Source: Utricularia gibba (Eukaryota > Plantae > Magnoliophyta). Taken from it: 31,224 nt of DNA. A program made the position numbers and the translations under genes. Positions 11,041-21,793 of the stretch are shown in pieces. The stretch spans positions 1 through 31,224 of the forward strand of contig NEEC01000091.1 in NCBI GenBank assembly GCA_002189035.1. Reading direction: 5' to 3'. Numbering within the stretch: the first letter of the stretch is position 1; every line of letters starts with the position of its first letter. Under the pieces are notes generated by a model. That model worked only from the letters and a program-made list of their open reading frames with translations. It did not search any database and was not told the origin of the DNA.

Positions 11041-11279
11041 ATTCCATTTCCCAAGTCCCTCCTCCGCCTCCTCCTCCGTTCCTTCTCCCAATTCTCGCCC
11101 AACGAGGAGGAATCCAAGGGAAGGACCCGCGTCGTCTCTTGTCTTTAGGGTAAAAGATCGCCAGATTCGTGTTTGGGTTTCCTTGTTTCGAGTTTCTTTT
11201 CCGCAGATCTGTTCCATTCCTGATTCCTAGTTGTATTTTCTACAACAGTTGGAGAATTAGAGGTCAAGGAGAGGGGAAA

Positions 11280-11665
11280 ATGACGATCTACGCTATACCG
11301 GAGAACGTGGTTTGCCCGAAGCCCCGCCGTATCGTCCCTCTTTTCGCCTCCCCGGGACACGAATTGCCGGAGACAATCCTACTCAATGTTTGTCAATGGA
11401 TCTGCTGATTTGAATCTTGTATTTTTGAAACAGGCTATTAAAGTTAATTTTTCTTTTTCTGGAACAGGGAAGTTGTGAATCGGATCAAATCGTCTCTTCG
11501 CCGCCGTTTTTCGCCGGGTCTCCGCCGGTTCGAGTTGCGAACCCTTTAATCCAAGACGCGCGTTTCGGTGACAGCGGCGTCCGTTCCAGTTTCGGCAACA
11601 ACCCTGCGGTGAGAATCGAAGGATTCAACTGCGGCCGGAAAATCAGCATCCCCGCCTTGGCTTAG
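11280..11665 (+). CDS. Uncharacterised plant protein of the VVCPKPRR / SPPFFxGSPPxRxxNPLIQDARF family (At1g13390/At1g68490/At3g02555/At5g16110-like), 101 aa; exons 11280-11387 and 11468-11665
   Basis: Exon 1 MTIYAIPENVVCPKPRRIVPLFASPGHELPETILLN; 80-nt GT-AG intron; exon 2 GSCESDQIVSSPPFFAGSPPVRVANPLIQDARFGDSGVRSSFGNNPAVRIEGFNCGRKISIPALA*. Family motifs and the phase-0 intron position were recognised from memory. The ORF track misses the spliced product. Confidence 0.9.
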
Positions 11666-13478
11666 TCGCCGAATCCCGGCAAGGAGATTTATGTACATAA
11701 ACTGAGAGTAATTGTGGGTCGCCGGTGTAATTAATGAGGATCTGTGAGGGGATTATGTAAGATAATCGCGGTCATCATGAAAATAACTGTAATTTATAGT
11801 GGCATTAGGCGGGCGGGAGCGCGTCACGGCCTGGGTGGGGGCCGGGCGAGCGTGCCTTGTTTAGGGTATTCCTGTCTTTTCCCTTTGAGCGACGACGTAT
11901 AGGTTTTGTCGGGTCCAGTTTTGTGAATAGCTGAAATTTGAGGGAGTTCTTGTTAAATAGTATTAAACTGTTGGAGATGTTTAGAACTTCCTGTTTGGTG
12001 CCATCTGGCATCATCCCATTGGCCGTATCGTTTAAATTTCCTTTAAATCCAATAATTATGACATTAATTTAAGGAGCTGTACAAAAACGCGATGTGATTT
12101 GTGCTTGGCGATCAGATCGAGAATTGCAATGTTAATATTTATTTCTGGTGAAAAGACTCAATAAATAAATACCGTTTTTTTTTTGGCTAGTTATGAGCAA
12201 AGTAGGTGGAGCGTAATCCGAAAAAGAATATATTCTTATTATATCCTTTTCCACTTTTTTAATTTTAATAAAAAGATAAAAAGGTGGTGCACGCACCGGG
12301 AATGTAATGCTTGTGACACCAGTCGTCAGCGGATGCGCGGGCCAGGTTCCACCAGGGGTCCCACTCCCATCCTGAGGAGACTGGTGATGTGAAAAGAAAA
12401 AAACAATATTAACATGAATTTTTGGATTATTATGTATTTCTTCAAAAAGAAATTGGCCGAAAGAAATAGGAAGGACAATTTGAAAAAAAAAATAGTATGA
12501 AAGGTAATTTACTAGTAAGAATAACAATAACATAAAAGAACTAGCAATTGGCCGTTTAACTTTACAGAAACTTAAAAACGCTTGAGATGTTGAAACATTT
12601 ATCTAATCCCTTTGATAAAAATTATGGATCTCCATTGGGGATGTTGAAGCTAGCGTAATGATATATGTATGTAGAATGAATTCAACTGCCCAAAACTAAA
12701 TTGATTTCACAACTGATGTCTATAGAGATAGAGAACCACTTAACCAGGATATATGTGCTCTAATGTAAAACTAACTCAGTGAGAGTTAACTTTTGAGTTA
12801 GGCTGGTTATGTGGTGTCTTGCATTTGCAATTCACTGGATATTTTTTCGCTACCGTTTTACTTGTTGAACAGCACATCTCGATGTACTCCAATATCAATT
12901 CTTTTTGTTCATGCCTCTCACTGGAGGCCACATTGCAGACAGATGCATGAAGCAATAGGACATTCTGTGTGTTACCACCTTGATGTTGGCACCGGTTATG
13001 GTGTCCGGGCTGTCTTGTTTGCCCTCTCAAGCCAGTCCCTTATCACGGGTATCACAAGATGCATGTGCTTTGGCCGGTCTCTCTCCCCTGGTAGCAACCA
13101 CGCCTGGATCATAATATACTTTCTAGCCTCATGGTAATGCATCAAATTGTTTTCTTCTCCGTCATCCTCAACTCCAAAACTGACCCTTCGATCTGTCACA
13201 GGGAATCATTTCTAGTGCCCGAAGCATGCCTGGTATCCGGTGCAAGGACAAGTGGTTATCACCAGGTACCGACGCTGATAGATTCTATTGCAAGGGTCAA
13301 GGGAACATTCATTGTGGGTGCGGTATTTGTGATGATTACAAATATAATGTATTAGAACAAATAATTCTTGATCATAATTCGATAATAAAATAATTAAGTA
13401 TACAATAAATTACAAATTATTATTAATTGATTAACTTTCATTTTATTAATGTGATCCATATTTATTGTGTATTTAAGT

Positions 13479-13500
13479 TATATATATATATATATATATA
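13479..13500. repeat. (TA)11 microsatellite
   Basis: Read directly from the sequence. Confidence 0.9.
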
Positions 13501-14059
13501 GTTATAAGATCTATTGAATTTTTAATTTTAACATGGTTTCAGAACATTTGTTTTGTGATATGACTTGCCCAAAATGAGTTTTCTATTGATTTGAGTTTCG
13601 GTTTAAAAAAAATGTATTGAGTTTAGACGATAAAATTGATCAATTCAACTTGAAGTGATAATAGAACAAACAATCTAATATTAGAATTTGAAGATAAAAT
13701 AATTAAATATAAAAAATTACAGATTAATAATAATTGATTGTATTTAATATTTTTTAGTATGATTTATATTTGTTATATACTTAGATTTTATGTGTAATTT
13801 CAATACAATGATTGTCAATGTGCACTACTATATGTACTTTAGAAGAGCAACGGCAAGGAAAGTTAGCATTCCGTTCATTGGGATGGCCGTAAACGCATAC
13901 CATTTTCCGGTGAGTGAAACCTCTGCGTTTTCTTCATTCTGAGGAACGAAGAAAGTTATTGGAACTCTGTATCGATCTATTCATTTATCTATCCCGTTTC
14001 TAATTTTTTATACAATTGTGCATCTTATTATGAACGAAATGGCTCATTATATTGGTTAG

Positions 14060-14091
14060 TGGGCCGAAATAAATCCAACACGGAAGGCCCA
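14060..14091 (+). promoter_or_regulatory. Pair of site II motifs in the promoter of the FLX-like gene
   Basis: TGGGCC at 14060-14065 and GGCCCA at 14086-14091, just upstream of a 5'-leader-like stretch. An acceptor-like ctAG at 14437, two nt before the ATG, suggests a leader intron. Confidence 0.55.
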
Positions 14092-14438
14092 ATCCTCCCA
14101 TTCGGCAGCAGCACCGCAATCCGCGACTTCAGTTCTTGCTGTAGAAACTTTCTGAGAGCAGAGAAATCAAAATTTTCAAGAATCGTACACGCTTTATCCC
14201 AAATCGGCGGAGGTGTTCGGGGACCGGCCTGACATTCACTGGTACTACCCCGAAAATTGAGTTTCGTGCGAGCTTTTGTCTTTTGCTTGCGATTGAAGGT
14301 TTTATGTGAGTTGCTGTTGCGTTTTGTGAGAGGTGCTTGCAGTTTCTGTACCTCATCGTCGATTTTTGAGTTCATTCGTTTCTCAGTTGTGATGAATTAC
14401 ATTTTTCATCTTCAATTGGGTTTTTGCATGTCTCTAGA

Positions 14439-15340
14439 ATGGCTGGGAGATATCGATTACCGCGGCGATTCTACGAAGATCCACGCACAGTTCCTCTACA
14501 TCGACCTGCTCCACTACCTTCGTTGGAGGAGGAACTTGATTTACAGCAGAGAGAAATTCAAAGGCTTCTTGCGGAGAACAGACGTGTGATTGATGATAAT
14601 GTGATGCTTGATAGGGAACTGAATGCTGTGAAGGAAGAAATTCTGAGATTAAATCAAGTAATGGGTAAGCGACATATTGAGAGAGAGGCGTACACGAGGG
14701 AGTTGATGGAAAGAGCGATGAAGCTCGAAGCCGAACTCCAGTTTTGCGAATCTCTACGGCTGGAGATTAAGCAACTTAGAGGAGAAATGCTGAAGCTTGC
14801 GTCGCAAAAGCAGGAGTTGTCTTCGAAAGTTGCAACAGGGATCAAGGATATCAACGAACTGAAAGCGAAAAACCAGCAGATACCTGTCCTGAGTGCTGAC
14901 ATTGACAAGATCCACAAAGAACTCACTGATGCAAGGTACAAACTTGCTAGTAGTTCATGTGACTCAAAAGATTGAATCTTCGTGCTTTGGTTTAGATGCA
15001 TGTTGTTCGCTCAGGAGAACTCACGAATATGAGAAAAAGGGTAATGAAGATCTCGTGGAACAAAACCGTGCAATGGAAAGTAAAATCCTGTCCATGGCTC
15101 GAGAAATGGAGCTGCTTCGTGCTGAGCTAGCACCTTCTCAGAGGAGTTCAAGAGGTACACTTTTCTTATACAAGTTCTCTTCTTTTTCTCATCCGGGATA
15201 ACACACTTCTGAATACAGGCATTAGTGGCTACGCATTGGTGAATGGAAGCCCCGAAACAAGATATCAAGGACAATATAGCGATGTTTATGGATTGGTTGC
15301 TCGTGCCTCGCTGAATCAACGAGGACCCCAACGACGTTAA
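14439..15340 (+). CDS. FLX-like (FLC EXPRESSOR family, closest to FLX-like 3 type) coiled-coil protein; exons 14439-14935, 15015-15154, 15219-15340
   Basis: MAGRYRLPRR...LEEELDLQQREIQRLLAENRRVIDDNVMLDRELNAVKEEILRL...KLEAEL...DARRTHEYEKKGNEDLVEQNRAMESKILSMAREMELLRAEL...GISGYALVNGSPETRY...RGPQRR*. Matches FLX-family motifs (EIQRLLxxN; EYEKK...MEKNLxSMAREVEKLRAEL). GT-AG introns keep the frame. The exact paralogue is not certain. Confidence 0.92.
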
Positions 15341-17084
15341 TCGCGTCGTAGAGTAAGCCAAGGATCATCTTCCTGATCCTCTGGTTATACGCAGCCATGG
15401 ATCGATGTATACTGGAGATACGTTTAAAAGCATGGCGGTTTGCGGTACGCCATGGCTGTAACATGTAAACTAACATAGTGATTGTTTGAACAGGCTGCTG
15501 TAAGATAAAGTTCAAGATTTGGAAGAGAAGTTAGCATTGAAATCAACCCAGAAGTTTGTACAGTGACATTGTACATGAAAGGAATCAGCCCAGAACAGCA
15601 AACGAGAAAAAAATAAAGCTAACTGTTCAGAGAGGTGAAACCTGGTACAGGTACGGAGGAGAGGAAACGACAGCTCAGACTTCACACGCGCTACTCATGG
15701 CCGCGCGTGCTGGCCTCGTATTCAGCGGCGGCGCAGATACTGAGATCATCGAGACGGCTGAAATCCCCCACCAGGAATCCATTCTTATCTATAATACGGA
15801 CACCGTGGAGGACCCCAAATTCGCCAGAGTTGTTCGATTCGCCTAGATTTTGATGTGCCTTACCTCAAATTCATCCTCAACAGTCATCATCTAACACCTC
15901 AACAAGAATCCCCACAAAAATTAATCTCACAACAGAAAAAAAAAGAGAAAAAGAAAATTCTGATATCATAACGAAGCAATTGCAGTCAAGTGATCTCTAA
16001 TCAATAGGAAGAGGTCATACAATCAGCTCATGTCATAAGCCCCAAAAATGCATCAAAAAATATAAACACAAACACAACAACCTATATCCTAAAAACACGA
16101 AATGGAAGAGAGTGGGGCTTTCAAACAATACTACCACATAGCATCCCAGCTAATGAACAAAATCATAACCTATAAAGAGCATCTAGAATATAAAGTAATA
16201 GAGAAAACTATGATATCAAAACACTTTGAAGTGAAACTTTGTGCTATTGAGATAGACGAAAAGATGGAAAAGTATTTGGAAATGATGAAAAATTTTCCTT
16301 TTATGAATTTGTAGATGAACTACAATTCTCTTAAAATAGAATCCAAATAGGAAAAAAAATTATTAAAAGAAATGATAAATATTTAAATATATGAAATTGT
16401 AAAATAAATTTTTTAACTTACATATGAAACAAAAAACATTCTTTAATATACTGTTATAAATAAAATCTCCTGTTTATTATCAATTTAATATTCTTATCTT
16501 TGATACAAGTATATTTTTTAAAATTTTAGTTAATTATTTACAATATATGAATTTAGGAGTTATTTTGAATTTTTTTACTCATAAATCCATATTTAAAAAA
16601 ATAGGACTTTTATATAGTACTTTCAAGAATAAATTGAATAATACAAAATAATAATAATTTCAAAAATATAAATAAATAAAGGATACTATTCAATTTTTAA
16701 ATTTGAGTACACAATAAAAAATGATTGGTAACTTATTTAACATATACTTATATTTTATTTATATTAATGAATAACTTTGTTATTTTTACGTATGGTAGTT
16801 ATATTTATCATAATTTAAACTATATATATAATTAATGTTATTTTAATTTTTTTTTTGAAATTTTTTAGTTGTAAAAATAATATGTTTTCATAACTTTATA
16901 TATTTAAAAATTGTAAAATTATATATTTAACTTAAATAAAATATTATGCGACAAGGATATAATAGAAATATACATAAATATAATAATTTTATAATTGAAA
17001 AACAGAGAAACTTGATACGTTTTAATGATTATTGGTGGTATGTATAGATTTGTAAAAACTGAATTGTTTACAGTGAGTAAAATT

Positions 17085-18100
17085 ATCAACAACCTCCTGA
17101 TTTTTTTTGAAAAGAGGGTGTGAACATGAAAATAAGGTTCTTTAGGGTTTAAAAGAAATCCCACTAGCGTGGAAGTATCGAATCAATTTATGTTTTCTCT
17201 ATGAGGGTTTTAGTTGCGAGAGCCATCCACATGAATACTCTTTGTATGTCGAATCAAGTATGGAGTAATACTGTGATCTGATGATTCTATAGCTCCTGTA
17301 GATGCATCCTTGCTCAAGAGTCTTGAGGGAAGTTTGCTGTGTTTAACAAGCACAAGACCAGATATTCTTTGTTGTTAAGTTAGTTCACGAAAACACCCAA
17401 CACATTTAAAAGCTGCTAAACGGATTATGCATTATTGGAAAGGAACCACAGACATTGGCATGTGGTATGGATCCCTGAAACTTCATATTTGAGTGGCTAT
17501 GGTGATAGCGATTATGCGGAAGGAGGAATGACTCTTGTAGCACTTCTGGTATCGTGTTCTTTCCAAAGAGAATCTACTGTAGCATAGAGGTCAAAGAAGC
17601 AGCACATGGCCACTCTTTCAACTTTCAAAGCTGGATATGTAGCAGCAAATGCGGGTGTTGGTCATGGAATTTGGATGAGACATGGCCGGAAAATTTCATT
17701 TTTTCTGTATCGATCCAATTCGTAAAGACAACGAGCTGGCAACAGCTGTGGGCGAGAATCCGGTGTTTCATTGGAGAAGCGAGCGAGCATAACCCGAAAT
17801 TTCACTTTATCATGGGTGTGTCTGAATGCCAAGAAGGCTGAGTTGTGCAAAGCCATTAAAAACTGCAGCATTTATTCGACTGAAGAGGATGTTGGAAGCC
17901 AAGCCTGAACTCTCATGGTGGAAGTTGCTGCTGGTTTGGAAGAAGAAGCACAGTTTATTACTTTAGGTGGTTATGTTTGGGATAAGTTTATGTAGAAGTT
18001 CTTGTTCAGAAATGTGTAAGTATTTGATGATGAAGTTTACATTGCAACCCCATGCAGTTTACTACATCGCTTTTGCTATAAAAATTCCACATTTTTATCT
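17085..18100 (+). mobile_element. Decayed Ty1/Copia RT-RNaseH fragment with internal deletions and probable 3' LTR remnant
   Basis: QPPDFF...ENKVL*GLKEIPLAW...GFSCESHPHEYSLYV (RVT_2 core), then VDASLLKSLEGSLLCLTSTRPDI...HLKAAKRIMHYWKGT...GYGDSDYA (RT C-terminus/RNaseH start), ending PLKTAAFIRLKRML. The YVDD segment appears deleted. Confidence 0.88.
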
Positions 18101-21100
18101 ACAAGAGAATAAAGACAAGTCTCCAACTCGGCTTTTCTCTTTCTCTCCCTTTCAACGCGTTTCCCGGCGTTTGAGTTACCGTCCAAGAACTCTGAGGTGG
18201 GGTGAAACGTGAAGATGCGCGCGCTTGGCACCACTCCTGAGGAGGGTTCAAATTACAATCATTTTCATTTACAGAGTATATAAAGCTTTATAGTGAATAA
18301 ATCAAACCCTTTTTTTCGTTATACAACAGCTAAATCAAAAAATTCATATAAAAACTAAATTATAAGTTAAATATATTCTTTTTTTTCTTGATCAGAATGA
18401 GTTAAATTTATTCTAATTTGGTAGAATCAAAGAATTGAGTGGTGCAGAGATGAGTCAAAATTGGCGAAGGGTGACTCCGTAATTTCCATAAATGATGTGA
18501 TTAAAGCCTTTTCTTTGTAAAATATCCCTAGTTCCAAAAAAAAATGGAATTTATTAAATCTAAACTTGGCGGTCACTTGAATCTTTTTTCTTTTAAGAAA
18601 ATAAATGCCATTTTATTCATTGTAATTTCACTCAATTGACAAAAAATTATATTTTGAGTGGGCCCACACCAGGCCCCAGCTTTTAAATCTGATGGAAGAG
18701 GAACCGGTGTGCGGGAGAGTGGGGACCACGTCATGAAAATGGAAGAGGAAATGACCAAAGTATCCCCATAAAAAAATAACCCTGCAAGACGTCTCCCTCG
18801 GTGGTCCCCCGGCTTTCTTTCACTCAATTCTAAAGTGGTCCCAATATTTTTTTATCTTTTCACAAAAATATCCATCCATATCGTACGACGTCGTCATTAG
18901 TGCTGCTGAGCTGATCTTCCACTCCCAATAAAATACCATTATTTGGTATTCATCCTCAATCAAATCTGTGCCGTCCATACAAACCGCCTTCACCTCTTAT
19001 TGCACTACTTTATTGTATATTTCTTAGTTTTCGGTCTAACACGCCAAGGGGCGGGCCGCTATCAAAATCTGGCGTTACAAAAATAACCCAATCCATTGTT
19101 TCTTTTGTGGCTGCAGGTGTAGGTGCGTACTCGGACAACTTCCACCAATCACATCGGTAATCATCCCGTGTATCGCACGCAGTCTTTGAAATCTGGACAC
19201 GCACGGCCCAGATGAACCCGGTCGGTGGTCATCATCTGTGGATCGCTTCATCTGGGGTTAAACCCTAGCGCTGCTAATGCTGGAGCAGTTGGTAATTCAA
19301 TAATCAACTCAAAGTTAGTGGAATAATTGATCTGTGCTGGTTTTTTTATAGGGTAGGAGGACACATATCTTGAAAATTATGTATTGATAATGATACAGAA
19401 AGCAGAGATGAAATTTGGATGGATGAATTGAATTGAATTTGGATTTGAATTCTATTAACCAAGTTGATGCTTTAAATGTGATTATCTCTTTTCTATTAGA
19501 TTTGGATATAGTAAAATGAAATCCGATTTGGTGTATTTCCAGTCCAAGTTTGTAAGTTTGGTAAGAGAGTTTAGTATTTCAATTTGGTGTCTTTGATTGG
19601 ATATGCATTTTTCCATGATCGTGTTGACTGACTCATTGGCGACGACCACTAGCCCCAAGGGCATTGTTTTTCTAAACCAAGTTGCTTATGCTTGTTGACT
19701 TGAACTGCTCTGCATCGGGCGGCCCAGCCATGGTATGTGGTGTCAGTGGGACTGACTGGTTGGCTACCACGATGCCCGTACTTGAAGTAACACCACCATA
19801 GGTTAAAAAAGCGATCAATCCAATGGTTGATTCGTAAACCATAAATATAGAGCCGTTTCAACACTCTTTTACAGCTGGGGTTGAATTAAGTGGGAGAGCT
19901 CGGTCCCGATGCGGTAATTTGGCCCACTCTACCGCTTCATATGTGCACCGAAAGCTAATTAAAAATGCCTTTCTTTGTACCAAAAGCTTCTTCTTCTCCT
20001 CTCAATCCAAATCCAATCCAAACACCAGGGTATTGAAGTGACATTAAAAATAATTGAATTGGATGATTCATGCCACACACACGACCAAGCCGAGCTGGGG
20101 TGGAGTTGTTTCAAATTTAAAACATCATGAATGACAATATAAAATAATGAATTATTTAAAAAAACGGTCATTTGTACACTTTATTATACATATTGAAAAA
20201 AATCAAACTTGAATTTTTTCATACAATGTATGACGCATGATTAAGATTTCTAATTCATCCCCAAAATAACTCCTCCACATCTTATTTTATGTTATTTTGA
20301 GCCATGTCATGTGCGGTCTACGGGTTGGGATCCGGTGGTCCAAGCGTATCTTGGAAAACAGAACTCAGCTTCAGTTAGTGTGTACGGCCTTGGAGAGGGC
20401 TACGCGTCCACCGAGCACCCATCATCATGTCCTCCGTAGGCTCGCCCAAATGCCACGAGTGACACGTGACTTAGGCACAAGTTGTCATCCAAGTTGGTGT
20501 GTTTTGTATGTGTGGGAATTGAAAACGCAGACACGTATCTGGGAAGCAGATAGATATTCATGCTAAAAATGTGTTCCAAGCCGACAAAATCAATATCATT
20601 AAAAGCAGGGTCTCTTCAACCTTTAGTTGCATCGTGAAGGATCCGATCCGCTCCGCTCCGACACCCCCACCCGTGTTGAAATAGGAGAAACATCCCCCCG
20701 TAGACGTGACCCCTGGCCCTCAATTAAAAACTCCGTGCAGTACAATAATTCTGAAATATTTATTGATGAGGATCCACATTATCAGATGCACAAGGCTCCA
20801 GTGTACGTGAATCCGACAACACCACGAGACGCTTTCATTAATTTACTATAAGGTCGAATATGTTATCTGACAGTACGAATCAGGATTCCAATATGAACAG
20901 ATTTTGGTAATTACACGATTCAACCAACCTAAATAGAGCTGCAAGAATGTGCCCTACTAACTACCGCCGCGTCCCTATCCACGTCCTTGGCGGTGAGTCG
21001 ACTCTTCTGGAAGGTAACCAACCGATGCGCACCAAGCCAGAAGCCAGTATATTGAGCTGGTTTTTATTGTCCCATGATATTAATAAATATTTTTAATATT

Positions 21101-21718
21101 TATTGAATAAAATAAAAGACTATACGTCCACTATAATTTTAATTAAAATGACCTATAAGATATTGATTGTAATTAGTTCTAGATATTACTATCTAAAAAA
21201 AGTATATGATACATCTATAAATAAAATAATGTATTCGTTATTTTTTCTTGAACTAATTTTTTTCTTATAATATATAGCATGTAACATGGATTATCAAAAA
21301 TATTATCAAACAAACATACACCAATAATTGGTTCAAAATTCGTTGGGGATCCTATGGGCACGTGATGGGAAAGGGAAATTAAGTAAGGGCGTTACTTTTG
21401 AGGGGAAAATTAGGAAATAATTAAAAATAAAAGTAAAATAAATAAAACAAAGCGGCACGCCAGTACAGCTACAGAACCTACTCCAACTCATGAGTGGGCC
21501 CACGGCTGACACCGGACTCCAACTCTTGATTTAAATCCGATTAATTCCGGAAATTTAAAATATTCCTATGAAACTAAATAGTAATAAATTATTAAAAAGT
21601 CCGAATTCTGAGAGGGGCAGGGATGGAGAGACACGTCACCTAAAACCTCATCTGACAAGATATCCGTGAACCGGCCCTCCTTTTCTCCCACATCACTTCC
21701 ATTTTTCTCCACCCCCAC

Positions 21719-21725
21719 TATAAAT
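21719..21725 (+). promoter_or_regulatory. TATA box of the acidic-protein gene
   Basis: TATAAAT about 70 nt upstream of the ATG at 21794, followed by a C/T-rich leader. Confidence 0.65.
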
Positions 21726-21793
21726 TCCCTTTCCCCGCCGGCGGCCATCCAACACGCTCCTCCGCTATCTTCTCTTTTGTCCTTGTGTTTCTG

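Noticed and set aside
11805-12014. Minus-strand ORF starting MMPDGTK, echoing RPL23A RPDGTKK
   Set aside because: The similarity stops after five residues; coincidence.
12976-13002. HLDVGTGYG resembling SAM-methyltransferase motif I
   Set aside because: No other methyltransferase motifs or exon structure around it; kept only as part of the unexplained island.
14028-15515. Overlapping ORFs around the FLX-like gene (14028-14375, 14129-14356, 14257-14589, 14654-15001, 15011-15361, 15222-15515)
   Set aside because: Antisense or off-frame shadows of the FLX-like exons and leader; no independent homology recognised.
15660-15895. Minus-strand ATGATGA ... CTGA read as a C/D snoRNA
   Set aside because: The span is over 200 nt, with no terminal stem and no rRNA-complementary guide longer than about 8 nt.
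19111-19132. Partial complementarity to miR530 (caggtgtaggtgc)
   Set aside because: The seed-pairing half does not match and there is no precursor-length hairpin.
19259-19268. TAAACCCTA as a telomerase RNA template
   Set aside because: It is the common telo-box. No USE (RTCCCACATCG)/TATA Pol III promoter, conserved plant TR flanks or T-run terminator at the right distance was found.
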